Source: Candidatus Nanohalobium constans
GTDB lineage: Archaea > Nanohalarchaeota > Nanosalinia > Nanosalinales > Nanosalinaceae
Length of the DNA stretch: 32,000 nt
NCBI RefSeq assembly: GCF_009617975.1
Contig: NZ_CP040089.1
Span: forward strand, 180,001-212,000
Direction: 5' to 3'
Shown here: positions 24,095 to 31,759 of the stretch, in pieces
Numbering within the stretch: position 1 is the stretch's first letter
Layout of the letters: each line of letters begins with the position of its first letter
Made by a program: the position numbers and the translations under genes
The notes under the pieces: model-generated
What the model saw: the letters and a program-made list of their open reading frames with translations, nothing else
What the model was told of the DNA's origin: nothing
Databases searched by the model: none

Positions 24095-24739
24095 TTATTT
24101 CATGGTTCGGTCGATTCTACCGATTTCTGGTCCTGAGGTATTTTCTCCGACCAAAGTCATGTCGTCTGTTGCTAGGCCTCCTGAGCCCATGTATGGTGAT
24201 CCTAGGTTGATTGTTCCGATGTCAATGTCTTCGAGTTCCAGTGCTTCTTTGACTTTTTCTGCGTCGTCTTCGTCGGCTTCTCTGTGGATTACTGCTCCTC
24301 TACTGTTTGCTAATCCGCATACGCCAGGGTTCTGTATTCCTGCTATTGTTCCAACTGTTACAGGTACTTCGAGTGCTTCTTCTATCTCTTCTTTTTGGTC
24401 TTCCAACTTTGGACTGATGTAGGCTCCATTATCGTTGCAGAGGATTAGGTTGCCTAGTGCGTTGTCCGGGGTCTCTATAACTTGGAATTCTATTCCTGTT
24501 TCTTCTAGTTTGTCTTTTTCTCTGTCTGTTGCTTCTTCTGGAATCAGGATGCAGTTTGAGTTGCCGGCGGTGAACAGTCCTACCAGTTTTGTACGGTTGA
24601 TGTATGTTTCCACTGTTTTTTCAGCATTGAATTTGTCTTTCCGCTTGAAGTCTGGCGGGAAGATTGCTTGTGTTTCTGTTACTGTGGCGTGGAATCCTAT
24701 GCTTTCGTTGCCGGTGTAGTTGTATTTTTCGATATCCAT
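24095..24739 (-). CDS. eif6: Translation initiation factor 6 (aIF6)
   Basis: A pentein-repeat protein. NALGNLILCNDNGAYISPKL, VGTIAGIQNPGVCGLANSRGAVIH and GSPYMGSGGLATDDMTLVGENTSGPEIGRI match conserved aIF6/eIF6 blocks. Confidence 0.9.
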   Translation of the reverse strand: MDIEKYNYTGNESIGFHATVTETQAIFPPDFKRKDKFNAEKTVETYINRTKLVGLFTAGNSNCILIPEEATDREKDKLEETGIEFQVIETPDNALGNLILCNDNGAYISPKLEDQKEEIEEALEVPVTVGTIAGIQNPGVCGLANSRGAVIHREADEDDAEKVKEALELEDIDIGTINLGSPYMGSGGLATDDMTLVGENTSGPEIGRIDRTMK

Positions 24740-24789
24740 TTTTGTTGTTCGTACCTGTTAGAAAATTAGAGAGGAAAGAAAAACGGTTT

Positions 24790-24963
24790 TTATTCGTCTG
24801 TGTCGTTTCTTCTCCAGTGCCGGCTTTTACGCGGCTTGACAGACTTTTTCTGTGCGCTGTCCATTCCGTGGACTTTGAGGCTTACCCAGCGTGGTGCTGA
24901 TTTAGCTGTGTTGGCTAGGCGTGCCAGTCTCTTCTTTTTTCCTGAGCTCTTGTTGCTTCCCAT
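24790..24963 (-). CDS. rpl39e: 50S ribosomal protein L39e (eL39); not in the supplied ORF track because it is under 60 aa
   Basis: Hand translation gives MGSNKSSGKKKRLARLANTAKSAPRWVSLKVHGMDSAQKKSVKPRKSRHWRRNDTDE. The K-K-x-R-L-A-x ... P-x-W-V ... R-H-W-R-R pattern is diagnostic of eL39. A perfect SD GGAGGTGA (plus coordinates 24976-24983) lies 12 nt upstream. Confidence 0.85.
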   Translation of the reverse strand: MGSNKSSGKKKRLARLANTAKSAPRWVSLKVHGMDSAQKKSVKPRKSRHWRRNDTDE

Positions 24964-24975
24964 AATATAATTTTG

Positions 24976-25299
24976 TCACCTCCTGAATTTTATATCCGAT
25001 TCGTTTTCGCTTTCTTCCTCACTGATTGATTTGAGGATATCCTTCAACTGATCGTCGTTTATCTTACTGATTTGACCTCTCTTGCCGAGTTGGACAATCT
25101 GCATCTCGACTGAAGCAGCTTTATCCGGGTCTGCAGCCCGTATGTTGCCAAGCCGAGACTTGGCTTCTTTGGTGAGGTATTGAGCTGCTTGCTGCTGGAC
25201 CTGTTTTCTCTGTTCTTCCAGAGCTTCTTCCTGATTCTCTTGCTGGTTCTCTATCTCTTTTCTTTTCTGTTCTCTGAGGTCTTCGGTATCCTCGTCCAT
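24976..25299 (-). CDS. PDCD5/TFAR19-like double-stranded DNA-binding protein (dsDNA_bind family)
   Basis: AAQYLTKEAKSRLGNIRAADPDKAASVEMQIVQLGKRGQISKINDDQLKDIL fits the conserved core of the archaeal PDCD5 homologues. It occupies the conserved position between rps19e and rpl39e. Confidence 0.8.
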   Translation of the reverse strand: MDEDTEDLREQKRKEIENQQENQEEALEEQRKQVQQQAAQYLTKEAKSRLGNIRAADPDKAASVEMQIVQLGKRGQISKINDDQLKDILKSISEEESENESDIKFRR

Positions 25300-25309
25300 G
25301 AGCCTAGAT

Positions 25310-25717
25310 TTAGTAGACTTCTTCGGATTTTTCGTCTAGGAATGCTTGACCTTCTTCTGTTATTACTCGTCCTTCGCCTTCTTCTGTCTCTACAAGTCCT
25401 GCTTCTTCCAGGTTCTGTAGAGCTGTTCTGATTACTTTTCCTGAGGCTTTTCCTTGGTGCTCTGGTCCGTGTCCGTTATCTTTTCTTTTTCCGTATACTG
25501 TTCGAAGTCTTGAGACTCCTAGTGGTCCGTCAGTGTAGATCTTTCGAAGGATTGCGGCTGATCGGATGTGATACCAGTTCTCCTGCTCTGGAGGTCTTTC
25601 TCTGTCGCTTCCTGTCTTTACTAGGTTAGTCCATTCCGGAGCATCGAACTCCTCTTCCAAATCTTCAGCAGCCTCCATAATCAAAGGCTCTGCTTTTACA
25701 TCATAAACTGTTACCAT
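25310..25717 (-). CDS. rps19e: 30S ribosomal protein S19e (eS19)
   Basis: VYDVKAEPLI...PEWTNLVKTGSDRERPPEQENWYHIRSAAILRKIY..GPLGVSRLRTVYGKRK..G..PEH....SGKVIR.ALQNLEEAGLVE matches the eS19 family throughout. Confidence 0.9.
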   Translation of the reverse strand: MVTVYDVKAEPLIMEAAEDLEEEFDAPEWTNLVKTGSDRERPPEQENWYHIRSAAILRKIYTDGPLGVSRLRTVYGKRKDNGHGPEHQGKASGKVIRTALQNLEEAGLVETEEGEGRVITEEGQAFLDEKSEEVY

Positions 25718-25740
25718 ACAACACGACTTAAATCAAAAAC

Positions 25741-25750
25741 TTTTAAATCC
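25741..25750 (-). promoter_or_regulatory. TATA-like box (GATTTAAAA on the minus strand) for the rps19e-PDCD5-rpl39e-eif6 string
   Basis: The plus strand reads ttttaaatcc, centred about 28 nt upstream of the rps19e ATG (25717), with no SD. Confidence 0.45.
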
Positions 25751-25780
25751 CAAAAATAAGAGAGGAGGTGGAGAAAAAGT

Positions 25781-26083
25781 TTAGTTTTCCTTGAACTCCA
25801 CTTCTAGTCCGCCGAAACGGTCTGCAATGAGGTTGTAGAAGTATCCCATCAATGCCCCAAATACAAAGCCGAAGCCGGCATAGAAAGCTATACCAAATAC
25901 AGCCCCTATAAGACCAAGTAATAATCCGCCTAATGCAACAGCAGCCTCACCTGCACCGATCATAAAAATCAGGACGAAAGGAGCATAGATTAAGATCATT
26001 AGAACGCCGATAACTGCATACATTGCAGCAGAGATTTTACCAAGCGATATAGGATCAATCCTAGAAAGTTCAAACTCCTTCAT
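25781..26083 (-). CDS. Small Gly/Ala-rich three-TM membrane protein (hypothetical)
   Basis: I prefer the ATG at 26083 (MKEFELSRIDP...) to the GTG at 26089. Hydrophobic segments carry GxxxG-type repeats (GGLLLGLIGAVFGIAFYAGFGFVFGALMGYF). Confidence 0.6.
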   Translation of the reverse strand: MKEFELSRIDPISLGKISAAMYAVIGVLMILIYAPFVLIFMIGAGEAAVALGGLLLGLIGAVFGIAFYAGFGFVFGALMGYFYNLIADRFGGLEVEFKEN

Positions 26084-26144
26084 AAACACAGTTTAGACCT
26101 CGAGAATTCAAATAATCTTTGGAAAAAAGAAGAGAGAAGGGCAG

Positions 26145-28067
26145 TTACTGGAGGAAATCAGTCTCCAGCTTCTTCTCCTCAACTTCCTCTCTTAACGCTT
26201 CCTTGAACTCTTCCACACTGATTTCTTTCTCTTCACGCTCTTCACGATCTCTAACAGATATGTTTCCTGCTTCTTCCTCATCGTCACCAAGGATCAGCAT
26301 GTAAGGTACATTGTCGTCATGTGCGTTCTGAATCTTCTTACCAACCTTCCAACTTCTTTCTTCTATCTCAACTCGGAAGTCTGAAAGCTCTTCCTTGATT
26401 TCTTCCGCGTATTCCTGGTTTCTATCTGTTACAGGAAGGATTCTAACCTGTTCCGGTGCTAGCCAGGTCGGGAAGTCTCCTGCGAAGTGCTCGATCATGA
26501 CTCCCATGAAACGGTCAATGGATCCGAGGATGGCTCTGTGAAGCATGACAGGGTAATGCTCTTCGTTGTCTTCTCCTGTATACTTCAGACCATAGTTTCT
26601 AGGGATGACGAAGTCGAGCTGGACTGTTCCTAGTTGCCATTTTCTTCCGATAGCGTCTTCTACTTCTACACCAATCTTTGGTCCGTAAAATGCGCCTTCT
26701 TCCGGCTTGACTTCGTAGTCGCCGACTTTCTCATCCATCGCATTGCCTAGAGCTTCCTCTGCCTCGTCCCAGAGTTCATCAGGACCCTGCGCCTTCGGAG
26801 GTTTGGTCTCCATGATGAAGTTGACTTCGAAGCCAAACTCATCGTACATCTCAATGATTATATCAAGGTGCTTCTTGATTTCTTCTTCTATCTGGTCTTT
26901 ACGAAGGTAGGCGTGACCGTCATCCTGTGTTAATCCTCTTACACGCATCAAGCCTGAGAGTTCACCCGATTGTTCGTTTCTATAAACAGTTCCGAACTCT
27001 GAAAGCTTGATTGGAAGTTCTTTGTAGCTCTTATTGTTGGAGTCAAAGATGTGGCTGTGGTTGGCGCAGTTCATCGGCTTCAAACCGTATTCGGTATCGT
27101 CTTGCTCCCAGGCGAACATCTCACCGTCTTCCTTGAATGCTTCGTAGTGTCCGGTCTTCTTCCATAGCTCTGCTTTGTTGAGTTCTGGTGTCTTGACTTC
27201 TGTGTATCCTAGCTCGGCGTTTTTCTCTCTTATGTATTCTTCAAGTTCTCTGCGGATTTTCATGCCGTTTGGATGGAAGTGTGCGCATCCTGGTGCGAAC
27301 TCCGGAATTGAGAATAGGTCCATTTCTCTTCCGATTCTTCTGTGATCTCTTTTCTCGGCTTCTCTGCGTTGCTCCATGAATTCTCCTAGTTCTGATTCTG
27401 AGGAGAATGCTGTTCCGTAGATTCTTGTCAGCATTTCGTTTTCTTCATCTCCTCTCCAGTAGGCTCCTGCGATTTCTAGAAGCTTGAAGCCGCCTACTTC
27501 TCCTGTTGAATCGACATGAGGTCCCTTACACAGGTCTTTGAACTCGCCCTGTTTGTAGAAGGAAACTGTGTCGCCTTCTCCAGCTTCTTCGTCCAAAATC
27601 TGTCTTTTGTATTCGTTGTCTTCGAAGAATTCTTCTGCGTCTTCTCTTGAGAGCATTTCTCTTTCTATCTGCAGGTCTTCTTCGATTATATTCTGCATCT
27701 CTTCTTCTATTTCTTCGAAGTCTTCCTGTTCGATTTCTACTCCGTCGATGTCGTAGTAAAATCCTTCGTCTGTCCACGGTCCGATTGTTAGTTTGACCTG
27801 GTCTCCGTAGATTCTTTTCAGTGCTTGTGCAAATACATGTGCAGCGCTGTGTCTAAGTACTTGTGTGTATTCTTCGCTTTGGTCTGTTACTATTTCTATT
27901 TCGTCGCCCTCGCTGACTTCGTCTTCCTTGGCTACGAGTTCGCCGTTTATTTTTCCGGCTACTGTGTCGTCGCCTAGTCCGGTACCTATTTCGTATGCTA
28001 CATCTTCTACTGTGGAGTTTTCTTCTACTTCCAACTGTGAGCCGTCAGGTAGTTCTACTTCTATCAT
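26145..28067 (-). CDS. thrS: Threonyl-tRNA synthetase, bacterial-type architecture (TGS, second additional/editing domain, class II core, anticodon-binding domain)
   Basis: The TGS N-terminus is IEVELPDGSQLEV. The editing-domain motifs are RHSAAHVFAQAL and DLCKGPHV. Also present are RDHRRIGREMDLFS, the class II motifs FRNEQSGELSGLMRVRGLTQDDGH and HRAILGSIDRFMG, and a C-terminal anticodon-binding domain. Confidence 0.95.
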   Translation of the reverse strand: MIEVELPDGSQLEVEENSTVEDVAYEIGTGLGDDTVAGKINGELVAKEDEVSEGDEIEIVTDQSEEYTQVLRHSAAHVFAQALKRIYGDQVKLTIGPWTDEGFYYDIDGVEIEQEDFEEIEEEMQNIIEEDLQIEREMLSREDAEEFFEDNEYKRQILDEEAGEGDTVSFYKQGEFKDLCKGPHVDSTGEVGGFKLLEIAGAYWRGDEENEMLTRIYGTAFSSESELGEFMEQRREAEKRDHRRIGREMDLFSIPEFAPGCAHFHPNGMKIRRELEEYIREKNAELGYTEVKTPELNKAELWKKTGHYEAFKEDGEMFAWEQDDTEYGLKPMNCANHSHIFDSNNKSYKELPIKLSEFGTVYRNEQSGELSGLMRVRGLTQDDGHAYLRKDQIEEEIKKHLDIIIEMYDEFGFEVNFIMETKPPKAQGPDELWDEAEEALGNAMDEKVGDYEVKPEEGAFYGPKIGVEVEDAIGRKWQLGTVQLDFVIPRNYGLKYTGEDNEEHYPVMLHRAILGSIDRFMGVMIEHFAGDFPTWLAPEQVRILPVTDRNQEYAEEIKEELSDFRVEIEERSWKVGKKIQNAHDDNVPYMLILGDDEEEAGNISVRDREEREEKEISVEEFKEALREEVEEKKLETDFLQ

Positions 28068-28201
28068 TTATAAATCAACTTCAGAGTTAGCTTGTTTGTA
28101 GAAAAGGTTTTGAGCGCCAGAGTTAAAGCTGGCTTGGTTGAGAAACATGCATTCGTGGAGTAGGATGTCCACCTTTCATTGGTATTTTGTACTTATACTT
28201 G

Positions 28202-29262
28202 TTATCCTTTTATTTCTGGTTGTTGGGCGATCTTGTCTACACCTGGTATTCTCCCCAGTGTTGTGGTTGAGATGTATCCTATAGTTAGTACCTGCCAGTA
28301 TGTGCAAAGCCGGTATAGGATTGTTACTGTCAGTGCTGTGGCGAATGAGATATCCATTAATAGTATTATGGATGCTGCCATTGCTGCTTCGTATGTCCCG
28401 CTTCCTCCTGGTGTCGGACTTATGCTGGCGAAGCTTATCAGGGGTATGAGGAGCATGATCTCAAGCGGATGCATCTGAAGGTTGAGGGAAGCCAGTATAA
28501 GATAGAAGGCAGCCATTCTTGACAGGAATGCTGATGCGGTTATTAGTATGGAGTATATCAGTGTCGTGGGGTTTTCTCCTATTGTCTGCAGTGTTTTCTC
28601 CCAGTTGTCGATTCTTGATTTCAGTTTTTCCAGGTAGCTTTCTCCTCTCCCTGTGATCTCTGTAAGCTTTCTTATCGCGGAGAATCCGTATTTTTCCATT
28701 GTTCCTGATCTGAACCATGCAAGGAAACCTATCACGACACCTGTCAACAGAAATCCGAGAAGGGTGACTGCGGCTGTAGCGATCTCATCTGAACCTGAAC
28801 CTGAAATTAGTAAGAATGATAGTCCTGTTACTATGAATATTGACATTGGAAGGACTGTTACTAGGTCTGCCGACATTACTGTTGCCAGAGATTTCTCATA
28901 GCTACTGCTAGATTTCTTGGAGATAAGGTAAGCCATTATTGGCTGTCCACCAAATCTTCCGAGAGAGGTTACTGTGTTGAAGAACTGTCCTGCCATAAAG
29001 ATACGGAAGCTCTTAGCGTAGGAGCATTCTATCCCGAGGCTTCTGAAAAATACATACCAGTTGAGGCTCCATAACATGCTGACTAGAATCCTGCGCCAAC
29101 TGCTAGCAGGATGTATAGTTTATTGGCTTTTTCTAGAGATGAGAGGATTTTTGAAGGGTCTGCTATCCATAATAAGGCTGTGAAGATGGCTGTGGCTATT
29201 AAAAACCAGAAATACTTGTTTGTCTCTAAATCCTTTATCTTTCCTTTTGCTGTATTGTTCAT
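28202..29262 (-). pseudogene. Flippase-like / LPG_synthase_TM (UPF0104) family membrane protein, interrupted by a 1-nt frameshift near 29083-29095 (pseudogene, split gene or assembly error)
   Basis: The N-terminal piece (ATG 29262 to TAG 29083) ends ...KLYILLAVGAGF*. The main piece (ATG 29077 onward) starts MLWSLNWYVFFRSLG in a frame offset by one nucleotide, and that frame is open upstream as ...SSWRRILVS. Adding one nucleotide restores a continuous TM helix, LYILLAVGAGILVSMLWSLNWYVFF. Family motifs are LGRFGGQPIMAYLISKK and SPTPGGSGTYEAAMAA. Confidence 0.6.
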
Positions 29263-29328
29263 CCGCAGATCCTTGTCTACTGATTTTACTTGTTTTGTTG
29301 CTAATATATCTGCGGATGGTGGATCTGG

Positions 29329-29336
29329 TTTTAATA
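29329..29336 (+). promoter_or_regulatory. TATA-like box (TTTTAATA) for trm56
   Basis: It lies 24-31 nt upstream of the ATG at 29360 with no SD. Confidence 0.4.
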
Positions 29337-29359
29337 CTTTGAACCTCGTTTTCAGGTTT

Positions 29360-29881
29360 ATGATCAATGTGTTAAGATTGGGTCATAGAGCGGGAAGAGA
29401 TGACCGTATTTCAACTCATGTTGGTTTGACGGCTAGACAGTGGGGAGCCGATGAAGTAGTATACTCTGGTGAAGAAGATTCTAACATGATTGAGAGCCAA
29501 GAGGATATAATCGAACGGTGGGGTGGAGACATGGAAATCAGGTATACAGAAGAGTGGAAGAAGGAAATCCGAGATTTTGAAGGGTTGAAGGTGCACTTGA
29601 CGATGTACGGTCTTGAGATCAACGAAGAGATGAAAGAAATAAAGAAAGAGTTTGAAAGTTCTGACGATATTTTGATAATTGTTGGTGCGGAGAAAGTTCC
29701 TCGCTGGGTTTACACTCATGTCGATTACAATATCTCGGTCGGTAATCAGCCTCACAGTGAGATAGCTGCTTTAGCAGTCTTCATGGACAGACTGAATGAC
29801 GGAGAGATGAAGAAGGATTTCTCTGATGCAGATATCAAAGTTGATCCAAGTGAGGACAGAAAAATAACTGAAGAACTGTAA
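29360..29881 (+). CDS. trm56: tRNA (cytidine56-2'-O)-methyltransferase aTrm56 (SPOUT family)
   Basis: MINVLRLGHRAGRDDRISTHVGLTARQWGAD..., WGG, GLKVHLTMYGL, IIVGAEKVPRWVY and DYNISVGNQPHSEIAALAVFMDRL match the aTrm56 family almost block for block. I prefer the ATG at 29360, because the long 5' extension in the track is antisense to the flippase-like gene. Confidence 0.85.
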   Translation: MINVLRLGHRAGRDDRISTHVGLTARQWGADEVVYSGEEDSNMIESQEDIIERWGGDMEIRYTEEWKKEIRDFEGLKVHLTMYGLEINEEMKEIKKEFESSDDILIIVGAEKVPRWVYTHVDYNISVGNQPHSEIAALAVFMDRLNDGEMKKDFSDADIKVDPSEDRKITEEL

Positions 29882-29917
29882 CAATTTCGATACTCCTGGA
29901 TTACTATTAAGCAGGTT

Positions 29918-30358
29918 ATGTCCCTGCTTGAACCTAGTTTTCAGCTTACTCAGGATTCCAGTCCTTTAGGAGATACTTCTATAATTGAGGCGTATAGAAT
30001 GCCTGAGGAGGAGAATGGTATAGCTCTTTATAGGGAAATCGAGTCTTTGGCAGCTATGCGTGAACGCCTTGAAGAAGATCAACTGGTTACGGATGAGGAT
30101 GTCGAGCCTGATAAGGCAGATGTGCGGTTTGAGATAGGGAACGATGAGTTAGATGTTTACAGAGATGAGTTAGCGGCTATGTTGGAAGGAGGCAGCAAAA
30201 AGTTCGAACAGTACAGGGGAACTGCTTACTCGGTTATGTTGTATGATGGCTGTGGCAGGGAGTATCGTATGGGCAAATGGGATGATGTAGCGGCTCCTGA
30301 AAAACTGAAATGGCTTTGGGGAGAACTCAGGAGAACAGCTTTCAAAAACACGATTTAA
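29918..30358 (+). CDS. Acidic hypothetical protein (possible paralogue of 31313-31759)
   Basis: 146 aa with no TM and no recognised family. It shares the N-proximal block F/Y-x-L/I-T/S-QDSS-x-L-x-D with the other hypothetical protein flanking rnz. The stop overlaps the convergent rnz stop by 4 nt. Confidence 0.55.
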   Translation: MSLLEPSFQLTQDSSPLGDTSIIEAYRMPEEENGIALYREIESLAAMRERLEEDQLVTDEDVEPDKADVRFEIGNDELDVYRDELAAMLEGGSKKFEQYRGTAYSVMLYDGCGREYRMGKWDDVAAPEKLKWLWGELRRTAFKNTI

Positions 30359-31263
30359 TCTTCAGGTCTATGAGATTTGATGTCAAACTCTCTGCCGTCT
30401 TCTCCCATCTCAGTATCCTTAAATACTTCTCTAGCTTCGCTCAATAGTTCTCCGGTTTTTTCCTGGTATCTCCTTGATATATGTGTCAAAACCAGTTCGC
30501 TCACTCCTGCTTCTTCAGCGATTTCTGCCGCCTGTCTAGCAGAAGTATGGCCTTTCCTATCTTTAATCATCTCATGACTGCAGGTGGCTTCATGAATAAG
30601 CAGATCAGCACTCTCAGAGTACTCAATAGTATTTCTGCACTTTGCTGTATCTCCTGAGTAAACTATTTTACGCCCTGGAACTTCCTCAACGACTTCTTCT
30701 GGCTCAATAGTTTCTCCATTCCATTCGATGCTTTCCCCATTCTTCAATTTACCTATCTTGGGCGATTCCTCCAGTCCAAGCTCCTTCATCTTCTCTTTAT
30801 TGGCTTTAACACTTGTATCTTCCTCAAAGGCAAAGCCAAAAGCATTTACCCCGTGTTCAACTTCGAAAGGCTTCACAGTGTAACCTTCTCCAACAATCTC
30901 ATCGCCTTCTACCAGGTCTTCCACAAAAATATCGTAACTTCTGTTAAAGTAGCCGGTGTCAAGTATTCTATCTGTAAACTCTTCTGTCCTCGGTGGACCA
31001 TAAATGTAAAGTGGTTCCTCCCGGCCTTCCATCTCCAAGGTCTGTATAAGCCCTAGGAGTCCGGAAAAATGGTCGGCATGCCAGTGGGAGATAAAAACCC
31101 TGCTTATCTTCATCAAACCCAGTTTCTCCTGCATCAAAGTCCTCTGAGTGCCTTCACCACAATCAAAAAGAACTCTCTCACCCTGAAAACTGATTAAGTT
31201 AGCAGGCAAATTCCTATTTCTTGAAGGTACGGCGCTTGAAGTGCCTACAGTCCAAACTTTCAT
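30355..31263 (-). CDS. rnz: Ribonuclease Z (tRNA 3' endonuclease, metallo-beta-lactamase fold)
   Basis: The N-terminus GTSSAVPSRNRNLPANLISFQGERVLFDCGEGTQ is followed by the HxHxDH motif ISHWHADHFSGLLGL. Downstream motifs are YSGDT, LIHEAT and TSARQAAEIAEEAGVSELVLTHIS. Confidence 0.9.
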   Translation of the reverse strand: MKVWTVGTSSAVPSRNRNLPANLISFQGERVLFDCGEGTQRTLMQEKLGLMKISRVFISHWHADHFSGLLGLIQTLEMEGREEPLYIYGPPRTEEFTDRILDTGYFNRSYDIFVEDLVEGDEIVGEGYTVKPFEVEHGVNAFGFAFEEDTSVKANKEKMKELGLEESPKIGKLKNGESIEWNGETIEPEEVVEEVPGRKIVYSGDTAKCRNTIEYSESADLLIHEATCSHEMIKDRKGHTSARQAAEIAEEAGVSELVLTHISRRYQEKTGELLSEAREVFKDTEMGEDGREFDIKSHRPED

Positions 31264-31312
31264 ATCAAAGAATTAAACCCTCAGAAATATCAAGATTCAC
31301 ATCCTATCACAC

Positions 31313-31759
31313 ATGATGAAAAACCATATAAAATTGCTATTTTCGAGTGACAGTATGGGCATAGAGCCTGCCAAAGAGTCGGTTGCTGTTTCTGAACCAC
31401 AATGGAAAACTGATGTTATCGAAAACGGCGGAGATCCTTCTGCTCACGAACTAGAGCCGCGTGATGATTCTCCTGAACTCGATTATGATATATCTCAGGA
31501 TTCGAGTCTCCTCCAAGATAATACCTACTTAGTTAGGAAGGATTCTGAGGGATTTGATGTGCTTCTAGCAGTTCACGAAGACGATACTTATTTGGATGAA
31601 AATGCCTCACCTAATGATCTGTTAGAATATGACTCTGTAAGTCATCATGAACTAACATCAATGGTTTCTTCAGCTGAAAGAGATAGGATGCCAAGAGAGA
31701 TAGGTAAAATTGTCTCAGAATATGTTGAGGAGCTGGATGAAGGGGTACATGTCATCTAA
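31313..31759 (+). CDS. Acidic hypothetical protein (start uncertain; ATG 31313/31316 or the Met at MGIEP)
   Basis: 148-aa ORF, Asp/Glu/Ser-rich, with no TM and no recognised family. It contains YDISQDSSLLQDNTYLV, similar to FQLTQDSSPLGDTSIIE in 29918-30358. Confidence 0.5.
   Translation: MMKNHIKLLFSSDSMGIEPAKESVAVSEPQWKTDVIENGGDPSAHELEPRDDSPELDYDISQDSSLLQDNTYLVRKDSEGFDVLLAVHEDDTYLDENASPNDLLEYDSVSHHELTSMVSSAERDRMPREIGKIVSEYVEELDEGVHVI

Noticed and set aside
27526-27777. 83-aa Arg-rich ORF inside thrS, plus antisense ORFs 27568-27756 and 27865-28101
   Set aside because: These are off-frame or antisense shadows within a full-length, motif-complete ThrRS gene.
28068-28201. 134-nt intergenic region between thrS and the flippase-like gene, checked for a tRNA or small RNA (it contains a short GCCAG...CTGGC hairpin at about 28125-28142)
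   Set aside because: No cloverleaf-compatible arms or conserved tRNA boxes are present. The 5-bp stem is too weak to call a structured RNA. The region most likely holds only a terminator and promoter.
29111-29359. 83-codon 5' extension of the trm56 ORF
   Set aside because: It is antisense to the N-terminal part of the flippase-like gene and has no homology to aTrm56, whose conserved N-terminus (MINVLRLGHR) begins exactly at ATG 29360.
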